Shown piece by piece: positions 17,391 through 30,537 of a DNA stretch of 64,000 bases. Origin of the DNA: Schizochytrium sp. TIO01 (taxonomy: Eukaryota > Protista > Bigyra: Labyrinthulomycetes); the NCBI GenBank assembly GCA_004764695.1, contig SMSO01000034.1, forward strand, positions 2,542,001 to 2,606,000, read 5' to 3'. How positions within the stretch are numbered: position 1 is the first letter of the stretch; each line of letters starts with the position of its first letter. Under the pieces are notes generated by a model, which had not been told where the DNA came from, ran no database searches, and was given only the letters and a program-made list of their open reading frames with translations. The translations under genes and the position numbers were made by a program.

Positions 17391-20300
17391 TTTTAATAGA
17401 TTTAAATTTACAGAACTGCATTTCTCGATGAACTCTTTCAGTTTGCCTGCAGAGAAACAATCGTTAAGTATCTTGTTTTTTTACGTTTGCAAGGCCTCAG
17501 AGAGTACAGCAAAAACTCGCTCTAAGAGTCGAAGCTTTCGTCTTTATACTATGGTAGACAATCGAATCCAGACGGACGAAAGGGAGGAGCGTCAAATCCT
17601 GATACTGAGCCGTCTCGGCGACCTTTTCCATCTCTCTTTCTGCAACTTGCCTCATCCATTAGATGAAACGAGCTGCCCGAGTTCGTTCTGCTCCTCTCTT
17701 ACGCCCTGTTTTTCATACCCTTCAGTAGAACATCGCTTCATTTGCCCTCCCCTTTAAAGAAGATTGGCGTCTTCGTGTTATAAATTCATCAGAATTGATC
17801 GGTAGGTCAGTACCTAACCACTCGCTAACATGCAGGTAGCTTGGCTTCCCATGGTTAGGTTGGTTCACATGATTTCATTCTCTTGCCAGAATTCCGAACG
17901 ATGGCGAATCGTGCTCATCATGAACACAGCTTCGCTCCAGCCAAACATAGACTCCCATGCCGCAGTCATGCAGGTAGCACAGCAGCTTGACGAACTTGCC
18001 CTGATATCTGTCTCTTGCGAAATCTTCCCAGGAAGCAGAATGTCGAGATAGTTGTTTGTGCTCATCAACGACGACTTGCCGATAAGCAACGCGGCCCTTA
18101 CTAACTTTCTTAGACCTGGGCTTTCCCAAAGGAAAAAGAGTTGCGCACCGATTAGAACCCGTTCTATTATGAGACACGTATTGCCGAGCAGAGTTTTAGA
18201 ACCAAGTGTTCCAGATGTGCATTTCTGATTTTAAACTTGAATAAATAAAAAAAAATGAAGACAACTTTCGAAACCGAACGAACTTAATAATATTTCATGG
18301 GCGGCGAAGAAGAGGTTTGATAGCTCAGAGAAACAAACTTTTTCTTGTTCTGTCAATTGTCAGCTATAACAGCGCTTCACGATCTAGGCAGCCTTCTCGA
18401 AGGCGTCTAGTCCCGCGACATCCTCTGCAAACTTTGAAAATCACACTCTCCCTTTCGCTTCTATGGGGCCACCTCAACTACCTCCGTACTACTTTTCTTA
18501 CGTTACTATGATCAAAGTAGCACACTGAGATAGCCAGCCTCGGTTTTCCATGGTTTCTCCTCCCGCGGACATTTTTCCAGACTTTAAGTGCTACCAGTGT
18601 ATCGTATTTCTATACGTTTCTTGTCGCTGCCACAAAAGGCTCACCTCACGTCACGCAGTGATTGAGGTTTGCTGGTCTCTGAAGTTGTCTTGATCACCTA
18701 TTAGGTTGAAGGAACCCCCAGTGGCATAAGAGTTATGATGATGTTTTTTGGGGGGGGTTTCCTTAGGCAATTCCTACGAATCTTGCCTAGTTGAGCCTAT
18801 TATATTAGTTCAACTATGGACCACATAGGTATCGCACGGTCGTTAGATCAGCTCAGTATAATTAAACATCATAAAAGAAGGTTAGATTCGCATAGAAGTC
18901 CATCATCCCATTCTTCTTCGAAGAAACATTTTTTATTTTTTTATTTTTCTCCTTCTGAAGGCGCCTTTCTGCCTTCTTTCCTTTGAAAAGGCATTTAGAG
19001 CGGTTCCTTCAGAGGGGTATTCAAGAAAGGACAGAGAACAACCACCAACAACCTTGTCCTTTAGAAAAATAAAAAGCACGGCATAGTCATGGGAGTCTCA
19101 ATACAACAATTGATCGGTCAGTAATTCCTGGGCACCGCTCGCTTAGTCCCGTCACTGTGAATCATTCATTGTTTGCGCCTTTAATCACAAAGATAACAAC
19201 GATGCCGTGGGTTTTTCTATTTGAACCGCTCAGCACCATTTTCATCTTGTACATTTGTTCATCATGATAGCCCAAAAGCAGGTATCAGAAATGCGCGTTC
19301 CGGAAGTTTTAATCTTAAACTTAAAATTGCTGCGGCCGTGTCCGAGGCAAACGAGCGAACCAACTATCCACAGAAAGGATAGCTAGAAGCCACTATATAA
19401 GGTTAGTTAAAAGCCAGTTGCATTTGCTAGGTAGCATAAAAATTGTGAAGAATTCAGAGAAACTCTCCCTGAGTCTTAACTGCCTCTGGGAAAAGACGAA
19501 GTCATCATTACCCTGCATAAAATTTAAAGCAAACCAACTTATGATATGACGTTCTTTTAAAATTAGTTGGTGTGGCCTTCATTGTATTTTATTTTATTTT
19601 ATTTCTTGGAAATAAGTGTTTCTGTCTTTCCGCGGTTAGTTTGGTTCATTTCTTCGCTTGGCCAAGCCGAGAACCAGAACAGCTCTCCATATTGGCGAAT
19701 ATCAAGTGCTATCAACTCTTCCCAGAATATTCTTACAAACATGGAGAGCTCTTTCTTAGATGCTAATACTAAATAAGAGAGCCCTGAGTGAAACACGATC
19801 ACTCCGTCAGACAGTTGGTTCACTCATGAATCATTTCCTCTTCACCCTGGGCTACCTCGTACACATTAATTATCATTTCTAAGAACAAAAAAAATCCATC
19901 TCTTTTTTTTTCTTTTCTTTTTTTGTTCCTAATAACAATATACTTAGCAAATATATGAATATACGATAGTAAAGTTTTGGAACGGGCATTACATATAAAA
20001 ACTAAAAAATAGTTTCTCTGATTCATTAAAGAGTTGCAGAATACCTGACGAAGTGATGCTTTTCTTTGTCTTTGCCTTTGCCTTTTCCTTTGACTTTTCC
20101 TTTTTATATTAGATTAAATTAAAATTTTAATGCGATGGAAATGATTTTTGTGTCAAGTCATGTCTCTTTCAAGTCCAACGGTTCATACTCTTCTAAATAC
20201 AGCCGAGTTAACAGGAGAGGGAGAGAAATGCCGATAGCCCATGCTCTTCGTTCGGAAGCTTCTGTCAAGTAATTTGTTTCTTTGCGCGAGAGAAAATGAG

Positions 20301-22232
20301 GAATAGTGCCCAAGTCCTTGCTGCTCATTCAGCAAAAAAAAGTCTCTTCAAAGGAACAAGAGATGTTCTTTTATTCTCTTTCTTTATTTAAACCAAATAA
20401 TGGGCTGCTGTCTGAAACCACTTCCAGAGGAGCATATGCATATACACATCATCAGAGTGACCCTTCTCAAAACGGTGGTTAGAAACTCAGAAATACTGGC
20501 GGAATCTTTTCCTTTCTGTACCACCTGATCTTCAGAATTGTTGGCGAATCCAGAGTACAAATGAAGCCAAATTTAACCAAAGGTAAAGTAGTGTAATAAA
20601 GACAACAGCACAAGTAAAATGTCTATTTAAAGATAAGTACTTCGATCATACGGTGGCTAATTAATTTTTTAAAAAATTTATTTTAATTACAAAGAATAAT
20701 TTTGCACACAGTAGGCTTTACAGCTTTAAAAACAGATCGTCACTGCTCCTCACCTTTGGAGACAACGTAGTAAAAATATATAGAGACTAAATAACATGTG
20801 TTGTATCTTTTAGTTAGATGCATAAACAACCATGGCATAAATACACAAAATGAGATTGAGCAACGCTCGCAGAATGGCCGACTACCCACTACCAGTTGAA
20901 ACGAGAACGATGACTTGGTTTCCACTGATTCTTTGTATGTTATTTTTAGAATCATGAATTTCTCCCGCAATGTCTCACCTCTTTTAAAACTCTCGCCATA
21001 GTACAGAATGGTACCATACCTCCTAGTCACTTTTTATTTCCCCCAAGTGTTCAGTTGTTAGATTAAAAAGGTTTTAATTAAAAAAATAAAGATATTTTTA
21101 TCATACCTTGAAAATTATTTTTTATAACACTTCTTGTGAAGAGCGCGTGAACTTTCTGACTGTGGGGCTGTGTGGAAAGTCTTTCTTTCATAAACTTCTA
21201 ACCTTTTGAAGTCATGAGGTACGCGCATATACCTTTCTATGGTTTTAAGGGCTCGAATAGATTGCGATGAAAAATCATGTAAACATATATTAAATGCAGT
21301 TAGAGTTGCCCCGCCGAAACATTCTCTCGTAGATTCTGAGGTTGTGTTGTACGATAGACGAATTCAATCGATCGACTTTTACTTTTCCCAGAATGTTCCT
21401 AGGAAAGAGACTTTGATTTTGGTATAGTTAGTACCCCTCCTTTCCTTGGTCGCTTGCATCAACGGCGGCCGCAGTTAATCACCGCGGGCCTTGGGGCTTA
21501 AACTTGAATGTTAAACTATGTTGTCTGGACTTTCACTAGACTTCACTCGTGGGTCGCCACAGGGGTTGTCTCTGGCTAGACATGATCTTGTCTAGCAGCT
21601 TCAGTCTAGCCGCAATCAATTTTAATCAAAAGAAAGAGCTTAAAGGCTGTCGTTCTTGCTGCTTTTGATTTGGGACTGCCGCAATTGGGCCACCAGCAGA
21701 ACACTTGCATTTTCTTTTAAAGAAGTTTCTTCGTAGAGGTATCGAAATAGGCATTGAAAAAGCAAAGAACGGAAACTCGTTTTCAGAAAACTGGAAATCG
21801 ATGGAATGGCATGAAAGAAACCTCGTGGAACTGCAGCAGCTGAGATTTAGGGGTCAGAACAGTTTATCATGAAAACATACCTTTGGACGCTAGCAGCATT
21901 AGAATCTCTCTCGCTCTCTCCAGATCTTTCTCTCTCTAAGCGTGGACATCTGCTAGTCTCCCAGAACGTTTCTTTTGATTTAGGGTCGCTCGTTCGTTGT
22001 TCGCTGTTGGTAAGTAGGACCTCCAATGTGATGATTGCGTGTGCATCACATAAAGCCAACTTCTCAAGCTTCTCGTTTGAAGCAAATCCCTTTCGAAGAG
22101 ATCGAGGGCTGAGAGCACGCGCCCTGGAACAAGCAGGCTGGCTGCGTTGTCAAGAGCTGCGCCCAGACGTATCGGAGACCGAAGCGATTGAGGACTTCAC
22201 GCGGGCACGAACTTGCGAGTATTCTCTTCAAT

Positions 22233-22841
22233 ATGGCTGGAGGAACCGCCAAGTATACAGCCGATTTTTTAGACCAATGCGCGGAAGGCTTCACTTCAAA
22301 AGGCCAAGTTGCCTTCTATCAGGCGTGTATAGGGCGTGCGATGGCTTACGTGCAAGAGCTTAGAAATTGCGTTGCTACTGCCCGTGATCCAGCTGCTCTT
22401 GGTCCTGGAAATCATCAGATTCCATTCATGGTGCGCGACATCCTCCTGCTGTGCTTCTCATGCCTCGATAGCTCAATCCACCTGCTTAAAGAGAACGGTC
22501 TTCTCAAACATAACCCCAAGAAGGACAACTTCATGGCGTCATTTGCTGCAGAGGACTTCACCGATCACAATGGTGATCTTTTCAATCCTTGGAAAGACGT
22601 GGCTGAGCATTACGCCTTGGACGACAACGGCAATAAGCTCTTCAAGACGAACCATCTGTGGAACACGCTAAAGCATTATGGAATGCTTACAATGAGCATC
22701 ATCACTCTTCCAGATGGTCAGTCTCAACTCCTGAAATTTAACAAGATCGAGGGGCTAAATGTTGTGACTTTTTTGGATGATTTTTGCGACAAGGTCAAAG
22801 CTTGGGTGGACAAGCTCTCCGAGAAGATATGGAAATTATAG
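22233..22841 (+). CDS. Hypothetical helical protein (202 aa from first ATG)
   Basis: Intronless ORF with natural-looking composition; no confident family. Confidence 0.55.
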   Translation: MAGGTAKYTADFLDQCAEGFTSKGQVAFYQACIGRAMAYVQELRNCVATARDPAALGPGNHQIPFMVRDILLLCFSCLDSSIHLLKENGLLKHNPKKDNFMASFAAEDFTDHNGDLFNPWKDVAEHYALDDNGNKLFKTNHLWNTLKHYGMLTMSIITLPDGQSQLLKFNKIEGLNVVTFLDDFCDKVKAWVDKLSEKIWKL

Positions 22842-24352
22842 ACATCGAACCTCATCTCTGCCCCGTTTTCGATGCGACAACTCTACCAGAAGCGTGTAAA
22901 TGTTGCCAACGAAGCCTCGCTGCTACCACGATGCTATGCAAAGACTCCTGTCTGCCATTGGTTTCGCATTCCCGCTATTCTAAAGGGGCCACTTCAGCTG
23001 CAGAAGAATGAAGGCCCCAGTAAAAGAGTTTCGAGGCTCTCACTATCTATTCATTCTGCTCTGGGCTCGTTGAAAAGGGGGGTCAATATATATCTCTAAA
23101 GCATTTTTTTTCTCTTTTAAAACATTTTTTAATTAAAATAATTTAAACTAACAATAAAAATGAATAAATGAAACTTGGATATATATCCTTGGGCGAAAAC
23201 TCAAACCAAAACAGGCGCTCAACATTGGGCTCTTGGGTAGTTTGACTAGGTAGCTTTGAAAGGCAATAGGTGGTGAGGGCGAATTGAATAAATATGTATT
23301 TCCCTTTTTTAGTATTGAAAAGGGAAAATCCGTCAGAGTTCAGGTCAGTGAGGCGTTATCAACGACCAGGAAAGAACGGTGAACCATCCCAGAATGCCCT
23401 TTCTTCGGAAGATTACAAGTCCATCAAACAAATGCCCGCCAGCACATGTTTCTAATTTGAAGTGGTCCTGTGTACGGTCCGCCGTTATGTCAGGGTTGCC
23501 CAATCTCGCTTTGAAAACCGGCGGCGTGGTTGCTTAAGCATCCAATTTAAAGAGGTGCAGAGGCTGCTTCGTCCATGTTCGCAAATACGCTGATGGTTGT
23601 CTTTCGGTTGAAGATTCATCACTCAATAGATAAATTCATCTTCATCGCTCGCCGTCGAATGCGTATTAAACAAAACAAAACAATTACAATAACGCCCAGA
23701 AATAGCCTCTCAGACTCTGGTAGAACTAAGGGCCTCTAATTAGAATTAAATTTTTAATTAATATAAATTTAAAAAAAAAACTCTTCATCTTTGGAAGATA
23801 GCTAACTACCGTTGGGTGGGACTGCGTTCAAGATCATTGATTGACCGAAATCATTATTGCTAACTACGGCCGCTCTGTTCTAAAATAGATGTCGTCTAAA
23901 TGGTATTGTTGTTCTTTTCATCAAACACTCCGGCAAGATACGAAGCGACCCCTTCCGTATCGATGCGTACACCAACTAGATCAGGTTTTTCCTCTTTTAA
24001 ATTGTCACATACAAGAACCATATCAGCGAGCTTATGCCAGCACCCGAAATCACTAGGTAGGATTATTTGTCAGATACGGAATTTCTTCTAGAATAATCAC
24101 ACAGAACTTTCCATTCCCGTTCCGACGGTTTATTAAATTAATGATGAAGAGCTGCACTCCTGAACATTCTCACTACTTAACTACCATGAAATCGTCCCAT
24201 TAAATCTATGATGGCTTTGGCATGGTGGTTTATCTGTCAATAAACCTGATTCTTGGAGCGTTGAGCAGCAAAACCGAATTAGAAGACTCAAGGTCATAGA
24301 AGGCAGAGCGAAAGGGGAACAAGAATATATTGCAGCGTATTGCGGCAGAGAG

Positions 24353-25276
24353 ATGAGCGAGGGTAGCTCCATGAACCTTCATGACTCCAGAGGAGCTCGA
24401 GCAGCACTCCATGAAGCTATGAGTGCTGCCATTTCTGGCGTTGGCACCATCGACAGCCAAACTAACGGCTCGCCGGATGTACAAACCACTGGAACCGAGA
24501 CGCAAGCGAGCGAGCCATCTGTCAATGGGCATGTTATAGAAGAACTTGCAAACCAAGAGCTAATCAATAGACAAATGGTTGAACTCGAGTTAAAGGATGA
24601 AGAAGCAAAGACAGGTCAAGTGGAGGGCTGTGCTGCATCGATACAGCACGAGGTTGAGGTCTACGGACAGCCTGTTGAGGTTGCGATTAAGAGAGAAGAT
24701 GCAGAAGAGGCCGCACCAGCCAGCTGTGCAAGCGAAGCTAAGAAAGAAGCGGGGCAGCCTGATGCATGTTGTGACGAGAAAAAGGTGCAAAAATACGTCG
24801 AGATTGATGGCCCATGTTATGTGAATGTCGACATTTGTTCCATCAGTGGTCAAGCAGCCAAACCTTCCCAATTCAGTAGTCGTGTTGGTCCATCGTTGAT
24901 GAGAATGCTCCTTGGATTTAGAGAAGACGGTTTTGATAGAAATATACTTCAGGAACTTCAACCATTCAACCCCCGCGCGAAGAAGGGGTTCCCTTCTGAT
25001 CGTATTGATGAGCTTCATCCTGTAACCCAAAAGGGCTTACTTCACCTTCTTGGCTTCAACTCCATCGGTCAATATGAAGCAATCCACTTGGCATGTTTCC
25101 CTCAGAGAATCATGTTGGAAATTGCTGGTAAGCTATCCGATGTGGCTCAAACCAACGGTGGTATGCGTGGCTATGTGAAATTTAACATTTCTCGCAATGA
25201 TACTTACTATACTTTCCCAATGCCAGTAAATACAACTCTAGCAGAAGTTGAAGCGCAAATGCGCCACAATCACTAA
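24353..25276 (+). CDS. Hypothetical protein, acidic disordered N-half and globular C-half
   Basis: 307-aa ORF followed by AATAAA-like sequence. Confidence 0.6.
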   Translation: MSEGSSMNLHDSRGARAALHEAMSAAISGVGTIDSQTNGSPDVQTTGTETQASEPSVNGHVIEELANQELINRQMVELELKDEEAKTGQVEGCAASIQHEVEVYGQPVEVAIKREDAEEAAPASCASEAKKEAGQPDACCDEKKVQKYVEIDGPCYVNVDICSISGQAAKPSQFSSRVGPSLMRMLLGFREDGFDRNILQELQPFNPRAKKGFPSDRIDELHPVTQKGLLHLLGFNSIGQYEAIHLACFPQRIMLEIAGKLSDVAQTNGGMRGYVKFNISRNDTYYTFPMPVNTTLAEVEAQMRHNH

Positions 25277-25699
25277 AGACGACTTTTGTCCATCTCTTTG
25301 TAGAGATTAATAAATAAGATTATGCTTCTTTTATGATGGTATTAAGGTTTCGAGGTTTAGTGCTACCTTCATTACTCCTCACAGCTTGAATTATATTCAC
25401 AACACTTGGGTTTGGTACTACGCACCATATCATAGCCACACCTCATTGAAACGCTCCGGCCGTGTTATCGCTCCAACGACTAATCACTCAAACGATCACG
25501 CTAATTGATGGGAACTGCGATAGGGTAATAATACTTTCCCCACTAGCTGAGCGAGAGAATACTTCAAACCATCTTGTTATGTTCTGTGACAATGAGAAAG
25601 TTAATTGTGATCTACTTTGTATCACGAGTACAATTTAATTCTATCTTAGTTCTCTCTGTTTCCATCGTTCTTACTGTTCTCCAAATTCAGTGTTCTCAG

Positions 25700-27014
25700 T
25701 TCAATTAGCACGAGTTAGCTTGCATGTGCAAATGCCAGCACAGTAGCTTCACACGACACTCCAGTCGCCGTGAACCTGGTTCTTCTTGCGCTCTCCGGCC
25801 GTTCTCACTTGGTTTCAATATTGGCCATGTACTCTGTAAACCATGACCAATTGACTGACTTATTCAAGGCAACTCACTAGCTCACTACCTTGCTAGCAAA
25901 TGTGAAGACCAACAATACTCGAGAAAGTAGATAGGGTATTACGAGATACGCACAAGGACAAAGAAATTGAAGAACGCCTACCATTGAAGAGCTAATGGTG
26001 TAAACATCATTTTTCACAAAACAAACACTTGTAATTTATAAGTCAGGATTGGGGGCATCGGAGATCGCCATCATACAGTGAGAAAGATCGCTCGAACTAT
26101 CTGTGTCATCGCGATGACAGATGTTTCAATTTAAACACCAAACATGGCGTGGGAGGAGGGAATGCGGGGAATATACGTGCATCGCGATGGATGGCATCGC
26201 AGGAACGATTTGAGTATGCATCGTACGATGCATGAATCGGGAAATGCCGAATACATCAGCAGCAATTCCGAAACCAGCAAACCAGCAAACACCAAACCCA
26301 AAAATCATTAGCCGAAACAAGAACCAAGAACCAAAACATGTCAGGCACAGATACAGATGATGATCACGAAGCACTGAAGGATGATGTAATGAACATGTTG
26401 AAGGGCGCGAGTGAGAAACTTCTTTCAGTGAGCTCTGATCCAGACCATACCAAGGTTGCTTCGGACTTTGAGCAGACATGCGTTACTCAGGTCAAAAGAC
26501 TTTGCCAAAAGATTGAATTCTTGCAATCGAACTGCTCTATAAAGGAACTAAGAATGAAGACTATCTGCGACGAGGCAGAGAAGGATCGCAAAGCCTTGCT
26601 TGTCGAACAAAAGGATCATGAGGCCACCAGAGAAGCGCTAAGAACAGCAAATCATCAGGGCCAAAAGTGGCAGCACTTGTTTCATGCCGAACAAAGTGCT
26701 GCTTCTGCACTCCAAGAAAAGCTTGTCGACGCCAAAGAAGCGCACCAAACAACCAGGGCTTCTCTGGAGACAATTCAGAGCATTAAAGACTTTCATTCCA
26801 ATGTCTTAGATAAGCTGTCTGAAGATCAGCTCAAAATGACAGCCAATTTGGGCATGAATGGGGAAGCTCAAGAAAAGATGTTTACGGCCATCATCCAGCT
26901 AAATCGCACCATCAGAGCCGTACTACGAAGCCATGAATTCGTGAACCTATCATAGAATAAAGTGCTTGAGGTCGGAGAACAGGCACTCGAGGCGACTAAA
27001 AATGCTCTTTGGAG
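25700..27014 (+). repeat. Segmental duplication, copy 1 (partner about 29020-30537)
   Basis: Long near-identical match including upstream region and the 5' part of the coiled-coil gene. Confidence 0.92.
26338..27014 (+). pseudogene. Truncated copy of the 670-aa coiled-coil gene
   Basis: TTG changed to TAG at 26953-26955; homology breaks off at 27014. Confidence 0.8.
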
Positions 27015-27019
27015 GTTTT

Positions 27020-27100
27020 AGACGCCGCCGCGAGGGATCTGCCTACGAGCGGGGGCTTGCCACCGATAAATTACGGGCAGTCTGCTTGGTACGTGCCATG
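27020..27100 (-). pseudogene. Histone H3 5' relic
   Basis: Reverse strand reads ATG GCA CGT ACC AAG CAG ACT GCC CGT (MARTKQTAR), then a frameshifted GGK/PR-like remnant and a stop. Confidence 0.7.
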
Positions 27101-27358
27101 ATTGAATTCTTGCTTGGTTCTTGGTTTGCTTATTTCGAGTTTTGGATTTGGTTAGATTCCGGCGACTCTTAGGACTGTGCTAGTTCCAGTAGATTTTACT
27201 TAGGTTTAACTCACTAAGGGGATTTGGGTGATGGTCAACCTAAACTATTCAACATTGACCATTGTGATATATCCATACTCTTTTATCCGTTTAGACTACA
27301 AAACGTTTTGCATACTTGGTCTGGATGGCACAAGCCATTTGGCGCCTGGGCTAGACAT

Positions 27359-27775
27359 CTATTTATCGTATCGTTCGCCACGGATACGACGCGCCAGCTG
27401 GATGTCCTTGGGCATGATGGTGACACGCTTGGCGTGGGTGGCGCAGATGTTTGTATCTTCGAACAAACCCGTGAGGTAGGCCTCAGATGCCTCGTGGAGT
27501 GCGAGAATGGCGGGGCTCTGGAAGCGAACGTCCTTGTTGAATTCCTGGGCGATCTCACGAACAAGACGCTGGAAGGGCAGCTTGCGGATGAGCAGCTCCG
27601 TTGATTTCTGGTACTTACGGATCTCGCGGAGAGCAACAGTTCCAGGGCGGTAACGACGGGGCTTCTTGGAGTCATCGTTGACAGGGGCTTGCTTACGAGA
27701 GGCCTTGGTGGCAAGCTGCTTACGCGGGGCCTTGCCTCCAGTGGACTTACGGGCAGTCTGCTTGGTACGGGCCAT
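27359..27775 (-). CDS. H3: Histone H3, divergent variant
   Basis: Full-length intronless H3 ([21 protein letters not shown]...[12 protein letters not shown]) with about 22 substitutions relative to canonical H3 and a YDK C-terminus. Confidence 0.97.
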   Translation of the reverse strand: MARTKQTARKSTGGKAPRKQLATKASRKQAPVNDDSKKPRRYRPGTVALREIRKYQKSTELLIRKLPFQRLVREIAQEFNKDVRFQSPAILALHEASEAYLTGLFEDTNICATHAKRVTIMPKDIQLARRIRGERYDK

Positions 27776-29019
27776 GCTTGAGTCCTTGGTAAGGTTTCTG
27801 ATTTGCTTTCAAGAATGTTGATGAAAATTGAATTTTGTAAATTGTTCTGTTTTAGTGTTTATGATATGTAGATCCGTCTATGAGATGAAGAGTCATATAG
27901 TGTTTATGGTATATGGGTCTTTAACATGGACAATGGGTTGAAAACTCTTGAGTATTATGAGAGGAATGTCATAGACCATATCATCAATGCTTTATAGTAT
28001 TTCAGCTATGTAGACCTTATATGTTATTGATGAGTGGTCCGCAGCTTTGATGACGACATCAGTGTTCTGTGGCCGGGAGACACAATTCATTTTTTTATTA
28101 TTGCCCGTGCCGTGATTTGTAAAATATTTACGGTATGTAGATATTAATGGTCAATGATGAGTTGTATACAACTTTTATGACGACAGAGCTGTCGCAAACT
28201 GAACCTGGCTTGGCGGACTGTTCTATCCAACTCCAAACAGTGAAGTGCGATGGCCATCGACTTGGTTTGGCTATCTTGCATGCTATGAGGTCCCTTAACA
28301 AGGGTTTATTAAGGGGACTCCCATCTTGTGTCTTTTTTTTTTTCTTCTTGTCTATTCTTTTATATAAAGTTGTTTGAAGTTATCCTCATTTGTTTCTCTA
28401 GGTTCCTTGCTTCATGGTGGGCTTGACCCTTTGAGGAGACAGATCCCTAGGTAGGTATTTGTGTGGTAGTGGCTGATTACCCCTTTCGCACTCAATCCAT
28501 TCGGGAAACAGATGCTCAGTTCTGAGAAAAAATAAGTGGCGTGGTTGATTCTCTAGAGGCAAATCATTGAATCCTCATTTATCTTATGGACAATGAATCG
28601 GGCGCAATGCATCAAGCGCCGCGCCATTAGTTCTTTGATGCTTAGAAACTCACAATTGTGTTGCTTTCCCAATTTGTTGTTGTGTCAAGGATTCCGAGCT
28701 CAAGTCGCCGCGTATTCGAATCAAGCAAGTTAAAATAAGTAAGAATCAACCACACCATTTCATATACAATTGAAGACAACTACGGGACCCTGCAAAGGCT
28801 AATTCAAGTGGTCAATAGAGGTAGTCGAGCCTACATTGTGGATTCCATTCAGAAAGCAAACTAGATGAGGGGTTCCATAACACTAAGCAAGCGCTTGAGA
28901 TTAATTGGCGCTTAATCTTTGCAGAATAAAGGAAATTTAGGATATTTCAGGTTTTTTTAACGTTTTTTTTAATGCTTGCAGATAGAGGTGTCTTTCCGTT
29001 GCACGCACTCGCCCAGCAG

Positions 29020-30537
29020 CTCAGTTAGAACGAGTTAGCTTGCATGTGCAAATGCCAGCACAACAACTTCATATTTCACTCCACTCGCCGTCACCCTGGT
29101 TCTTCTTGCGCTCTCCGCCGGTTCTCACTTGGTTTCAATATTGGCCATGTACTCTGTAAACCCAAAATCCGAGGACTGTCTCACTGACCGATTGACTGAC
29201 TTATTCAAGGCAACTCACTAGCTCACTACCTTGCTAGCAAATGTGAAGACCAAAAATACTCGAGAAAGTAGATAGGGTATCTACGAAGTATGCACAAGGA
29301 CAAAGAAATTGAAGAACGCCTACCATTGAAGAGCTAATGGTGTAAACATCATTTTCACAAAATGAACACTTGTAATTGTAATTTCTAAGTCAGAATTGGG
29401 AACACCGGAGATCGCCATCATACAGTGGAAAGATCGCTCGAACTATCTGTGTCATCGCGATGACAGATGTTTCAATTTAAACACTAAACATGGCGTGGGA
29501 GGAGGGAATGCGGGGAACATACGTGCAACGCGATGGATGGCATCGCGGGAACGCGGGGAACATACGTGCATCGCGATGGATGGCATCGCGGGAACGCAGG
29601 GAACATACGTGCATCGCGATGGATGGCATCGCGGGAACGCGGGGAAAGAATTAGACACTCATCGCAGGAACGCGGGGAATGAATTGGACATGCATCGCGC
29701 GATGCATGCATCGCGGGAATGTGGGGAACGATTTGGGTATGCATCGCGCGATGCATGAATCGGGAAATGCGGAATATATCAGCAGCAATTCCGAAACCAG
29801 CAAACCAGCAAACACCAAACCCAAAAATCATTAGCCGAAACAAGAACCAAGAACCAAAACATGTCAGGTACAGATACAGATGATGATCACGAAGCACTGA
29901 AGGATGATGTAATGAACGTGTTGAAGGGCGCGAGTGAGAAACTTCTTTCAGTGAGCTCTGATCCAGACCATACCAAGGTTGCTTCTGACTTTGAGCAGAC
30001 ATGCGTTACTCAGGTCAAAAGACTTTGCCAAAAGATTGAATTCTTGCAATCGAACTGCTCTAGAAAGGAATTAAGAATGAAGACTATCTACGACGAGGCA
30101 GAGAAGGATCGCAAAGCCTTGCTTGTCGAGCAAAAGGATCATGAGGCCACCAGAGAAGCGCTCAGAACAGCAAATTATCAGGTCCAAAAGTGGCAGCACT
30201 TGTTTCATGCCGAACAAAGTGCTGCTTCTGCACTCCAAGAAAAGCTTGTCGACGCCAAAGAAGCGCACCAAACAACCAGGGCTTCTCTGGAGACAATTCA
30301 GAGCATTAAAGACTTTCATTCCAATGTCTTAGATAAGCTGTCTGAGGATCAGCTCAAAATGACAGCCAATTTGGGCATGAATGGGGAAGCCCAAGAAAAG
30401 ATGTTTACGGCCATCATCCAGCTAAATCGCACCATCAGAGCCGTACTACGAAGCCATGAATTCGTGAACCTATCATTGAATAAAGTGCTTGAAGTCGGAG
30501 AGCAGGCACTCGAGGCGACTAAAAATGCTCTTTGGAG
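29020..30537 (+). repeat. Segmental duplication, copy 2
   Basis: Partner of 25700-27014; carries an expanded minisatellite. Confidence 0.92.
29505..29760. repeat. CpG-rich minisatellite, about 41-43-bp unit (GCGGGGAACATACGTGCATCGCGATGGATGGCATCGCGGGAAC), degenerating
   Basis: Three good copies plus several degenerate ones; the duplicate at about 26160-26240 has roughly one unit. Confidence 0.85.

Noticed and set aside
17428-21427. Short ORFs of 60-110 aa
   Set aside because: No recognisable motifs, low-complexity composition, no supporting gene structure.
27325-27340. Histone 3' stem-loop after H3
   Set aside because: Only a 5-bp stem (ATGGC-TTGT-GCCAT) that does not match the canonical consensus.
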